From NCBI GenBank assembly GCA_040754495.1, contig JBFMCO010000028.1:1-64000 (forward strand): 64,000 bases of DNA. The letters run 5' to 3'. Position numbers and translations under genes: made by a program. Positions 21,001 to 29,024 of this stretch are shown piece after piece (position 1 is the stretch's first letter; the number at the start of each line of letters is the position of its first letter). The notes beneath the pieces are model-generated. The model was given only the letters and a program-made list of their open reading frames with translations, was not told the origin of the DNA and searched no databases. This stretch comes from Candidatus Micrarchaeota archaeon. GTDB taxonomy: Archaea; Micrarchaeota; Micrarchaeia; Anstonellales; Bilamarchaeaceae.

Positions 21001-22020
21001 CGATGCGTTAGCCGGGTCCTGGACCCACTGCGAGAGCGCGGTGTACCTGTCGTTGAGCGGGTGCGCCCTGGCCTCGGAGACGGTGTAGCCCGCCGTTGTG
21101 GCGCCGGCCTCGAGAGCGCGCCTCCGCGCGTCGACTATCTCGCCGCTGTTTCCGTCGCGGCCGTAGGCGAACCTGCGTGCCTCCGCCACCTTGTCGTCGA
21201 CGCTTCTCTGGCGGATTGGGGTGCGGTCTATCTCGCGGTTGAGCTCGCGGATGAGCCTCCCTGCCCTGTCCCGGACCGTCCTGCTCTGGCCGCTCTGCTG
21301 GATTGCGTTCAGGTCGTCCAGAAGCTGCTGGTTCTGGGTGCGGAGCGTCTCGGCCGTGACGGCCGGAACTACGACCGGCGCAGGCACCACCGTCGGGGCG
21401 GGCTGGGCGGTCTGAGCCGGCTGGGCTGGCTGCGGCGCACCGAGCGTCGGGACTACCACGGCCTGGACTGCGTCCGCTCCACCGCCGCTGAGGGCGATGT
21501 TCGTCCTGAGGAGAAGCTCGGTGAGCACTGCGTCGTTTATTGAGCTGTCCTGGGTCCTGCCGGTGAGTCCGGACCGTGTGCGCCAGGAGGAGTTGAGCCA
21601 GGTGTTGACCGAGCGGAACCTTTCCTGCGGCGTGGTGCCGGTCACTGGGATGCCGAGCCTCTGCGCGTTCGTGGCCAGAGTCTCGATGAGCGTATTGACC
21701 GGAGCGTCGAGCTGGGAAATCTCGGCAGGCACGCCGGCGCGCCTCTTCTCGTCCATGAGCCTGCGAACCGCGTCGAGCTGGGTGACGAGCGTGTCCCTCA
21801 GAGCCTCAGCAGTCCTAACATCCGCCTGCCGCGAATCCTGCGCAGCAGCCTCGCGCATACCCGGTCCAGTCATAGTAGCACCCGCCGTAAAAGCAACAAG
21901 CAGGAATCGCCCGAAATACGACGTCCTGCGCCCGATATGAACATTCCCGGAGTTAGGATTTAAATATTCGCGCTCCCCCCCGACTGAATCTTGAGAATGT
22001 CTAAGCCTCGGTCCACCCAT
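18016..22020 (-). CDS. Giant (about 1334 aa) Arg/Ala/Gln-rich, probably exported helical protein
   Basis: ATG at 22020 with GGGGAGG RBS; signal-like FLLVAFTAGATMTGPGMREAAA/QD; alternative start at 21873 (MTGPG); shares a helical module with the two barrel proteins. Confidence 0.75.
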   Translation of the reverse strand: MGGPRLRHSQDSVGGEREYLNPNSGNVHIGRRTSYFGRFLLVAFTAGATMTGPGMREAAAQDSRQADVRTAEALRDTLVTQLDAVRRLMDEKRRAGVPAEISQLDAPVNTLIETLATNAQRLGIPVTGTTPQERFRSVNTWLNSSWRTRSGLTGRTQDSSINDAVLTELLLRTNIALSGGGADAVQAVVVPTLGAPQPAQPAQTAQPAPTVVPAPVVVPAVTAETLRTQNQQLLDDLNAIQQSGQSRTVRDRAGRLIRELNREIDRTPIRQRSVDDKVAEARRFAYGRDGNSGEIVDARRRALEAGATTAGYTVSEARAHPLNDRYTALSQWVQDPANASTQAARDIAQLLPSVWLLGERPMEQMLSLLEAGRTDASKIAEARQLFQREQAFYRLILDQGVIPIADGAVARIHSSHLPTRAELQAAERRDSVRAGTYSRTSHGKRNGREDLESSMQVRLTQARALSGQTAGIPFRVVADLYQSVTSDERTVNTLVDMWEYARGHGMDQSDRIPMWENYSIASMTLVDPQFNPYNAYSQQVRTRIVELHLGLTPGTTVTARQRQDAERAVIPALMQSKQYVHDDVLYGVYDQISRRAPLSNEGYVQHVARLRSVRPVFETEYLPYQMGTRRVGAAYVPVDGQSQERLTMARGFLETSVQLARDSGMAADDALIQAANAWLAATATAPPAAQIPLVSDTLFQMALNLSTIREAELWVANAGMRPTSLPSATLTSARDVISRARAQFLLNYPDLAGTFHPNISRNYAEEAINMLAPRPLAVSEAPAMFASLAAYGTPATEVTVADAANPTSAERRSAAAAAEQRHISLLISLRDEATLFGPSATERTMSGRSLSGPFGALDFRMGRIAAVDQLGGFPNMERFAGRRRTTVSPVDQHWVPGENPGDEAMASVAHEGMDHYRWGQAYAELFRQTITRGDDSTPSLLRMLNNAPDSWPIRTGTPYEAQDRALKTEMQRIAREYGLPAGRPLMQALGERMTEISVSYSSRDAAAQQREVNRLFLAILDIRIAELSNRLGGNVVLADGQPIRVQDLKQSTVAGTGAQRRPAPGVRYITRAEAALAEAQRVRRDAAAAMDQDLFAGRVDPRIGIAVAEVGLESLTDGTGGRLTDIPRPTVVTPEISAYVAQDAISVERLSGDPRRVRFSATRTMIQPRSGSAVDLDTYQRQHGQQNLTYYWFMYQVLGPTDSSGSPIQYVLNPQYRESGAPRYLGQVMRGVTLSDGTRGDFVVRVRRSGLAASTGPEWVPVLEDNGRVRAENVLYQVRAGTLEPIRDARLERSMSHEAGTQHVCFERASPANTVVEYGDTTPVLIVRPSATRQ

Positions 22021-22230
22021 GTTAAGCAGCCTCCCCTCGTAAACACTGTTGTATATTATTTGAAACACATGGTTTTTAAACCAATCTTTTCCACCGTCGA
22101 TAACTATCCGGGAGCCCTCCCTCCGGTGCCCGGGTGCGGTGATATGGGGGATAATATGCCCGAACATGTATATAAATATTATAGAATTTGGTTGTTTGCG
22201 CCTTTTGAAGAGCAGGGGGCTCCCTAAAAC

Positions 22231-22839
22231 TCAGGCGGCCTTGGCCGCGGGCTTTGCGGACTTGCCCTTCCGGACGATGAAGCCGGCCACCTGCATGACG
22301 ATGACTAGGGCGCCCAGGGCGAGGAGGGCGTATTCCGCGATGTTGGTGGGGCGGGCGCCGGTGGTTATCCCGCTCTGGGCGAGGAAATGGAACGGTGACA
22401 GGACGAAAGCGATGTAATTGAGCTGTTGTATCCGCTTCCACCACGGCCCGAGGCGGGCGAGGGCGAGGTCGTTCGATACTGCGGCTATCACGAGGAGGAT
22501 TATGGCGGCGGCGGCCCCTATCTGCAGGGGGAGGAAACCCAGCATCATCTCTATGTTCCAGCCGAAATACAGCGCGGTTACGAGAAGGCCGTGCACGAGC
22601 ACGAAGATGAACGCGGAAAGGCCGACCGCCCTCCGCGGCTCGACTAACGGGGCGAATTCCTTCGGCCGGAAGACGAAAAGCGGGCCTATCACGAGGCTGA
22701 CGCAGAGCAGGAGGAACGCGGATACCCCCATGAATCGGATGATAAGCTGCGCAGGCTGACCTTCGAGCGTGGCGTAATAGCCGGCAACGAGCGCGAGCGT
22801 TACCAGAAGCAGGAAGAACAGCATGCTGTGTTTCTGCAT
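22231..22839 (-). CDS. Ferric reductase-like/MsrQ (YedZ) heme-binding membrane protein
   Basis: PRRAVGLSAFIFVLVH and WKRIQQLNY...PFHF motifs, multiple TM helices. Confidence 0.8.
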   Translation of the reverse strand: MQKHSMLFFLLLVTLALVAGYYATLEGQPAQLIIRFMGVSAFLLLCVSLVIGPLFVFRPKEFAPLVEPRRAVGLSAFIFVLVHGLLVTALYFGWNIEMMLGFLPLQIGAAAAIILLVIAAVSNDLALARLGPWWKRIQQLNYIAFVLSPFHFLAQSGITTGARPTNIAEYALLALGALVIVMQVAGFIVRKGKSAKPAAKAA

Positions 22840-22943
22840 GCAGATGCATCGGAAACTGGGATTAAAAAGCATCCACTAACTTCCGCGCCAGCCTGCAACC
22901 CGGCCCCCGAAAGGGCAATAAGCCTTTGGAGAATCATCTTCCC

Positions 22944-24515
22944 ATGAAGTTTGCCGGGCATATCGTGGACGTGTTCGAAGGGAAGGTGCACCCCGGGGAA
23001 ATCGAATTCGGGAAGACGGTGCTGTCGGTCCGGAAGACCGGCTCCGCCCCGGGAAGATGCATTTTGCCCGGGCTCGTCGATGCGCACGTCCATACGGAAA
23101 GCTCCATGCTGGTGCCCTCCGAGTTCGCGAGGATTGCCATGGGGCACGGCACGGTGGGCGTGGTCGCGGACCCCCACGAGATTGCGAACGTCCTCGGCCT
23201 GCGCGGGGTGGAGTTCATGATGCGCGACGCGGCACGCTCGCCGATGAAGTTCTTCTTCGGCGCATCATCGTGCGTCCCGGCAACAGGCTTCGAGACCGCC
23301 GGGGCGAAGCTCGGGCCGCGTGAAATCGGACGGCTGCTCCGCAGGAAGAATGTGACGCACCTTTCCGAGGTCATGAACTACCCTGCCGTGATAGCCAGGG
23401 AAAAGGAGGTCATGGCCAAGATAGCGCTTGCGAAAAAATACGGGAAACGAATCGACGGCCACGCGCCGGGGCTGCGGGGCAGGATGCTTGATAAGTATCT
23501 CTCGGCCGGCATCGAGACCGACCATGAATGCTTCAGGGTGGAGGAGGCCCGCGAGAAGATGGAGAAGGGGATGCGGATACTCGTGCGGGAGGGCTCGGCG
23601 GCCAAGAACCTGAAGGCCCTGCACCCGCTGCTCAAAAACAGGAACATGCTCTGCTCGGACGACACCCATCCGGACGACCTGCTGGACGGCCACCTGGATG
23701 CAATCCTTCGCAAGTGCGTGGCTCTCGGCGTTGAGCCGATTGATGCGGTGAGGTGCTGCTCGCGCAACACGGCCGAGCACTACAGGCTGCCGGTCGGCCT
23801 GCTGCGCAGGGGGGACCCGGCTGATTTCGTTGTCGTGGACGACCTTAAGCGCTTCAATGTGCTCCAGACATGGATAGGGGGGAGGATGGTTTTCGGCGGG
23901 AGGCCGCCGGAGAGGAAGAAGCCGCTAGCGCCCATTAACAACTTCAAGGCCGCGCCCATAACGGCGGATGATATACGCCCTCCCTTTTCAGGCAGGTTCC
24001 CGGTCATCGGGGCGATAGACGGCGAGATTGTCACGGAGAAGCTCTTTCACGAAGGGAAGGCGCCGGATTTGCGGCACGATATCCTGAAAATCGTGGTGAT
24101 AAACAGGTACAGGACGGCCAAGCCCGCGGTCGGGTTCATAAAGGGCTTCGGCCTGCGCAGGGGGGCGATTGGCTCGAGCGTGATGCACGACTCGCACAAT
24201 GTCGGGGTCGTCGGGGCGGACGACGAGTCCATATGCAGGGCGGCCAACCGGATAACCTCGATGAAGGGCGGGCTTGCGGTCTATGACGGAAAGATGGATT
24301 CGCTCGCCCTGCCTTATGCCGGGCTGATGAGCGGGGAGCGCGGGGAGGCAGTGGCGAAAAAATACGGCCTGCTGACGAAGAAGGCGAAAAGGATGGGATG
24401 CCGCCTGCACGCGCCGTTCATGACGCTATCTTTCATGGGCCTGCTCGTGATTCCGCACTTGAAGATATCCGACAAGGGCGTATTCGATGCTGACAGATTC
24501 AAGTTCGTCGGATAG
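22944..24515 (+). CDS. ade: Adenine deaminase
   Basis: DAHVHTESSM, DPHEIANVLG, IDGHAP, TDHEC, REGSAAKNL, HDSHN. Confidence 0.95.
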   Translation: MKFAGHIVDVFEGKVHPGEIEFGKTVLSVRKTGSAPGRCILPGLVDAHVHTESSMLVPSEFARIAMGHGTVGVVADPHEIANVLGLRGVEFMMRDAARSPMKFFFGASSCVPATGFETAGAKLGPREIGRLLRRKNVTHLSEVMNYPAVIAREKEVMAKIALAKKYGKRIDGHAPGLRGRMLDKYLSAGIETDHECFRVEEAREKMEKGMRILVREGSAAKNLKALHPLLKNRNMLCSDDTHPDDLLDGHLDAILRKCVALGVEPIDAVRCCSRNTAEHYRLPVGLLRRGDPADFVVVDDLKRFNVLQTWIGGRMVFGGRPPERKKPLAPINNFKAAPITADDIRPPFSGRFPVIGAIDGEIVTEKLFHEGKAPDLRHDILKIVVINRYRTAKPAVGFIKGFGLRRGAIGSSVMHDSHNVGVVGADDESICRAANRITSMKGGLAVYDGKMDSLALPYAGLMSGERGEAVAKKYGLLTKKAKRMGCRLHAPFMTLSFMGLLVIPHLKISDKGVFDADRFKFVG

Positions 24516-24611
24516 GTTGGTATTTTATTTTGTTCTGAAAAGAAGCATCGTAGCCAAACCTCAGGAAGTTTGATAAAAGATTTACCCTGGGAGTTGTCTC
24601 GGAAATCTTTT

Positions 24612-24908
24612 GCAGGGGTTGCCGAGTGGTCAAAGGCGCCAGATTCAGGTGCGCTTCCCTATTGAAACGATGTTTCAATGGGGCCCAAAGAACGGTTCGC
24701 CGTTCTTTGTGGTTTGGAAAAAAGCGCCCAAAAACGGGCTGTTGAAAAATCCTTCCGGATTTTTTTGCAAGTCAGTTTTGGGCCGCCTCGTCGAGAACGG
24801 CGTTCCGTTCTCGATGCGCAAGAACGCTTCGCGTTCTTGGCTGTTTCCTAAAAGGCGGAAACGTCTGGTCGGTTAGTCCGTTCGAGAGTTCAAATCTCTT
24901 CCCCTGCA
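24612..24908 (+). tRNA. tRNA-Leu(CAG) with 213-nt intron at 37/38 (24650-24862)
   Basis: 5' exon GCAGGGG...CCAGA TT CAG G; 3' exon G TCTGG...GTTCAAATCTCTTCCCCTGCA; relaxed BHB (TTCA/GGAA, bulges GG|T and AC|G). Confidence 0.9.
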
Positions 24909-24928
24909 TATACTCTTTCTTAAGTTGG

Positions 24929-25249
24929 TCAAAAGCACACGACCTTATCGCTCTTCTTTACCAGTGCGTACAGGTCTTTCAATGAGGAGATGGGGCATAA
25001 ATTATCGCCTTCTTTGTTCCTCAGCTTAAGGCAGGTACCGCACGCGAGAATGATACCGCCTGCCGACGCAAATTTTTCTGCCTCGTCCTTTGCAGGGAAT
25101 TTCTCAGTGCTTATCTCCTCATAGTCGACGGCTTTGCCCACAAGGAAAACCCTTACTTCGTCGCCTTCTTTTTTCGAGAAGTTCGCAAGCCTGAAGGCAT
25201 TCCAGGCAGCCTCTATATCGCTGGTCGAAATCACGATTCCAAGTTCCAT
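24929..25249 (-). CDS. DsrE/DsrF-family protein
   Basis: AWNAFRLAN, VRVFLVGKAV, ILACGTCLKLR, CPIS. Confidence 0.88.
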   Translation of the reverse strand: MELGIVISTSDIEAAWNAFRLANFSKKEGDEVRVFLVGKAVDYEEISTEKFPAKDEAEKFASAGGIILACGTCLKLRNKEGDNLCPISSLKDLYALVKKSDKVVCF

Positions 25250-25262
25250 GTCAATCACCTGG

Positions 25263-25883
25263 TCATTCCAGGTCCTTCTTCATCTCTTCATATTGTTTTT
25301 TTGCTATCTCTCCCCGCGCATATCTCTGCTTAAGGATCTCTGAAGCCGTAAGCGCCCTGCTAGTCCCGGTAACGCTCCGGTAAAGCCAGAATATGGCCAG
25401 AATAAGCGCGACAAACACCAATACCCAAAACACAAGGCCGACTATCCAGCCCCAGCCGCCATACCCCATCATGTCGTAACCCATCATTCCGCCGTAAGGG
25501 TAATTCATCATGCCGCCTCCAAATCCTGATCCATAGCCACCGAACCTGCCCATCATGGGCATCATGCCCATCATGCCGCCGTATGTGACGCTCGTATTCG
25601 TTTGCCCGCAGTAGAGCACAAGCGCCATCTGTACATGCGCCTGCTCAAGGCTTGCAGAGCCTTCGCCGCCCATCATCTGGTCCATAGCCTCATGGGCTTG
25701 CCCCGGATGCATCTGCTCCATAAAATATTCGCCGATTAGTTCAAGCTGCTCCTGGCTGAGCTTGTCGCAGCTGATATTGGAATCGATAAGCTGTTTCGAA
25801 GCGGTGGCGTCCTCAGTGCTCATTGTCGCGAATAAAGGAACCGCAAGCGCCATGACCAGCATCATCATTAGAAACTGCTTCAT
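25263..25883 (-). CDS. Met/Gly-rich membrane protein with C-terminal SHOCT domain
   Basis: Signal peptide, HEAMDQMMGG, GMMG repeats, TM helix, ILKQRYARGEIAKKQYEEMK. Confidence 0.88.
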   Translation of the reverse strand: MKQFLMMMLVMALAVPLFATMSTEDATASKQLIDSNISCDKLSQEQLELIGEYFMEQMHPGQAHEAMDQMMGGEGSASLEQAHVQMALVLYCGQTNTSVTYGGMMGMMPMMGRFGGYGSGFGGGMMNYPYGGMMGYDMMGYGGWGWIVGLVFWVLVFVALILAIFWLYRSVTGTSRALTASEILKQRYARGEIAKKQYEEMKKDLE

Positions 25884-26215
25884 TCTATCACCTCGGATGC
25901 GCCGGCTAAATCCCTCATCTGCTTCAATCTCTCGCTTAAAATTTCGCGGATGATATCAAACGCCTTTATGATTTTAGGGTTAGCGAGGCGATAGTAGATA
26001 TTCACTCCCTTCCTTTTAGGCACAAGAATGCCCCTGCTTTTCATTATGGTCAGGTGCTGGGAGACATTCGACTGGCTCAGATTCGTTTTCCTTGTCAGTT
26101 CGGAAACTGTCAGCTCGCCGTTGCGCAGAAGGTTTAATACCTCAAGTCTTGTAGGGCTGGAAAAGACCTTGCACATGTCGGCATGCAACCGATAAATCTC
26201 TTTATCCATAGACAT
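25880..26215 (-). CDS. ArsR/SmtB-family transcriptional regulator
   Basis: SSPTRLEVL, ELTVSEL, SQSNVSQHL, YYRL. Confidence 0.92.
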   Translation of the reverse strand: MSMDKEIYRLHADMCKVFSSPTRLEVLNLLRNGELTVSELTRKTNLSQSNVSQHLTIMKSRGILVPKRKGVNIYYRLANPKIIKAFDIIREILSERLKQMRDLAGASEVIE

Positions 26216-26240
26216 TAGGATATTCTAATAAGTTTAATAA
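26214..26240 (-). promoter_or_regulatory. Putative ArsR operator palindrome and TATA box of a leaderless transcript
   Basis: ATTAGGATATTCTAAT (26214-26229) near-perfect palindrome overlapping the start codon; TTATTAAA on minus strand about 20 nt upstream. Confidence 0.55.
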
Positions 26241-26451
26241 CCATTCATGTCGCTCGAATCCAGCACTGCTGCCGGACTTGGGGGAAGAAACCGAAAAAAG
26301 GCTTAAATCCTCTGCCCCTCGTCTGTCCTGCAGCGCTTTGGCTTAAACCCAGGCTCACAGAACGGCTCCGGGATACCCCGTATCCTTTTCTATGCCTAAG
26401 GCTAGGGGTATTGAATTCCAGAAGCGTCATTCTATGCTTTCGCGAACGCCT

Positions 26452-26646
26452 TCAGAGTTTTTTCACGTTCTTGGCGCGCGGCCCGCGCTCGCTTTGCTCG
26501 ACTTCGTATTCCACGGCATCGCCGGCTGCGAGCACTGCGCCGCCTTCAATTGCCGAGGTGTGCACATACACGTCCTTGCCGTCGTCGCCCGTGATAAATC
26601 CGAAGCTCCGTGCGGCGTTGAACATCTTTACTTTTCCTTTCATCAT
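26452..26646 (-). CDS. cspA: Cold-shock protein
   Basis: KGKVKMFN..RSFGFIT, DVYVHTSAI, RGPRAKNV. Confidence 0.95.
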   Translation of the reverse strand: MMKGKVKMFNAARSFGFITGDDGKDVYVHTSAIEGGAVLAAGDAVEYEVEQSERGPRAKNVKKL

Positions 26647-26812
26647 ATCACCTTCGTTTCATCTTACCTGCAAGGAATGTAGATGCAGAGGGTATAAAAC
26701 ATCTAGCGATGCCATCACCATTTTATTTTTAGCCCGCGAAATCAGGAACGGATGAACCAAAGCCCCTATGAACGGACTACAAACCCAAGCTGGTGAGGGG
26801 CGGCGGGGACTG

Positions 26813-26850
26813 GTTTCCGCCTTTTAGTAAAAGGCGGCCCAAAACGGGCC
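26813..26850. repeat. Double-hairpin palindromic element related to tRNA intron sequences; may terminate glmU
   Basis: CCGCCTTTTAGTAAAAGGCGG plus GCCCAAAACGGGC directly after the glmU stop. Confidence 0.75.
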
Positions 26851-26851
26851 G

Positions 26852-28084
26852 TTAAACGTCCTCCTCGAACTTGCCGAACTCAATTGGCTGCCTTGTATAG
26901 ACGCGCGAGCCTGAGGGCACGTTCTTGTTCACCACGACTCCTGAATGAATCCAGCAGTTCGAGCCGATCAGCTTGCCCGGCATCGTGCAGGAGAGCACGC
27001 CGAATTTCGTGTTGTCGCCGACGAAAACGCCAAGCTTCTTCTTGCCTGAATTCGCCCATCCCCTCTCCGTGAGGACGTTCACGTTGTCGCCGTCGAAGCG
27101 GAAATTCGCGATTTGCGTGCCTGAGCCGAAATTGACATTCTCGCCTATCACGCTGTCGCCAATATAGGTGAGATGCTTGGCATTGACGGAATCAAGAAGG
27201 ATGCTGCTTTTCACCGTGCTGCCCGGGCCGATTGAGCAGTTCTTCCCGATGCTGTTGAATCCCCGCAGGCATGCGTTCGGGCCTATGACCGTGTTTTCCC
27301 CTAGGTATGCGCACCCTTCCACGTAGCTGTTGATGATTCTCGCGCCCTTCTCCATGATTACCTTCCCTTCAATCGTGGAATTCTCGATGTGCCCGCTTTT
27401 CGCTTCCATCCCGGACAGCAGGTGCTCGTTCGCCTCGAGCAGGTCCCACGGGTACGCGATGTCCCGCCAGTAGCCTTCAACGGGCACGCCTTTCGCGCCG
27501 ACAAAAAGGCTCACCAGCTCGTACTCGCCGCGCTCGGATTTCCCGAGGGATTTGAGCTCGCTGAACACGGTAGGCTCCATGCAGTATACCGAGAGGTTCG
27601 CGAGGTCGCTCTTCGGGTGCGCGGACTTCTCCTCGAAAAGGCTTATCCGCCCGCCCGAGAGCTCTGCCACGCCGTAGTTGTGCGGGTTCGCGACCTTCTT
27701 GAGGCCGACCGTGATTCCGCCCTCGTGCGCCTCCATGACCGCATTCATCACCGAAGCTTCGGTCACGATGTCGCCGGCAAGGGCAAGGAAGGTGTCGTCC
27801 AGCAGCTCCTGCGCGCACAGCAGCGCCGCGCCGGTGCCGTTGTCTGAGCCCTGCTCGACGAATTCGAGTTTCAGCCCGAGCCCGGCACTGGAAAGGTATT
27901 CGATGAGCTTCTCCTTCATGTGACGGACGACCACGACCGCCTCCTTCACCCCGGCCTTCTTCGCCTCGAGGAGAAGGTGGTGGATGATTGGCCTGCCGCC
28001 GGCGTAGAGCATGGGCTTGGGCCTCGTCTCGGTCAGGGGTCGCAGGCGCATGCCGTCCCCGGCTGCAAGAATCACGGCTTTCAT
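26852..28084 (-). CDS. glmU: Bifunctional sugar-1-phosphate nucleotidyltransferase/acetyltransferase (archaeal GlmU type)
   Basis: MKAVILAAGDGMRLRPLTETRPKP, hexapeptide repeats, KHLTYIGDSVIG. Confidence 0.9.
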   Translation of the reverse strand: MKAVILAAGDGMRLRPLTETRPKPMLYAGGRPIIHHLLLEAKKAGVKEAVVVVRHMKEKLIEYLSSAGLGLKLEFVEQGSDNGTGAALLCAQELLDDTFLALAGDIVTEASVMNAVMEAHEGGITVGLKKVANPHNYGVAELSGGRISLFEEKSAHPKSDLANLSVYCMEPTVFSELKSLGKSERGEYELVSLFVGAKGVPVEGYWRDIAYPWDLLEANEHLLSGMEAKSGHIENSTIEGKVIMEKGARIINSYVEGCAYLGENTVIGPNACLRGFNSIGKNCSIGPGSTVKSSILLDSVNAKHLTYIGDSVIGENVNFGSGTQIANFRFDGDNVNVLTERGWANSGKKKLGVFVGDNTKFGVLSCTMPGKLIGSNCWIHSGVVVNKNVPSGSRVYTRQPIEFGKFEEDV

Positions 28085-28178
28085 GTTTCTCCCGATGGTA
28101 AAATCCGCGACTGTGTTTAAGTTATTTGTGATATATCAACATAATCATTTATAAACTGTAACAAACAAATCAGCACCT

Positions 28179-29024
28179 ATGCCGGGGAGGAAGAGGCTTG
28201 CTTACGGGGATGGGGAGGGGGTGGAGGCGCGGAGGCCGAAGCTCATCAGGACGCTTGTTTTCGGCTCAGCTTTTTTTGCGGCCATGACCGCGTGCACTCC
28301 ATGCACCAATGCCGTGCCAATAAGGGAACCCGCGGTGGAGAGGCCGCGCAGGGCGCCGCCTGCCACGGAAAGCGCAGGGCATGCCGAGAGCCCAGGGGCG
28401 CCTTCATGCAGGTTCAGCGGGAGAACGCTTGAGTATTCCACCAATGATACCGTCATGAGGCTGGTCAATCTGCTCGATAGCGGCGAGAGCGTGAGGGAGG
28501 TAATTTGCCGCAGGGACCGCGCTTTCGTGCTCACAGACACAAGCCGCATAATCGTGCGGCCGGGCTCCGGCAACCAGTTGCCTGATGGGGACGGGACAGC
28601 CATAAGCCATTTAGCGTCTTACACGCGGACGGATATGGCCGGGCTGAATTCGAGGGGCATCGTGGACTGGGAGGCAACGGATTCTGCCTGCTATTTCCTC
28701 ACCAGGGACAGGAGGCTGACGGTGCTCGCGAACGACGAGCTCGGGGATACGGTTCCCGAATACGAGCTTCCCTTCGACACGGCGGGCCTCGGCCGCAACA
28801 GGATGGCCTTCCACTCGGGGTTCATTTTCATAGCGCCGCTTTCCGGGAGCGCGGTAGTGATGTCTTTCGGGGAGAACGCGGGGGCCTCTTACCTGCCGCT
28901 CGAATCAGCCGACAGGAGGGCGGGGTTCATAGTGAGGGGGGACAGGCTGTTCTTCGGAAAAAACGGAAAGGAAAAAGAGATAATAATAGGCGGGCCTGAT
29001 GCGCACGACGTCAGCGTCAGATGA
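28179..29024 (+). CDS. Membrane-anchored/secreted hypothetical protein, beta-rich
   Basis: 281-aa ORF with hydrophobic segment LVFGSAFFAAMTAC. Confidence 0.65.
   Translation: MPGRKRLAYGDGEGVEARRPKLIRTLVFGSAFFAAMTACTPCTNAVPIREPAVERPRRAPPATESAGHAESPGAPSCRFSGRTLEYSTNDTVMRLVNLLDSGESVREVICRRDRAFVLTDTSRIIVRPGSGNQLPDGDGTAISHLASYTRTDMAGLNSRGIVDWEATDSACYFLTRDRRLTVLANDELGDTVPEYELPFDTAGLGRNRMAFHSGFIFIAPLSGSAVVMSFGENAGASYLPLESADRRAGFIVRGDRLFFGKNGKEKEIIIGGPDAHDVSVR

Noticed and set aside
24610-24876. 88-aa ORF through the tRNA-Leu intron (possible homing endonuclease or peptide)
   Set aside because: Starts inside the tRNA exon, has no nuclease motif and is dictated by hairpins
26296-26325. Possible att copy of the tRNA-Leu 3' end (AAATCCTCTGCCCCTC)
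   Set aside because: Too degenerate versus AAATCTCTTCCCCTGCA to support an integration boundary
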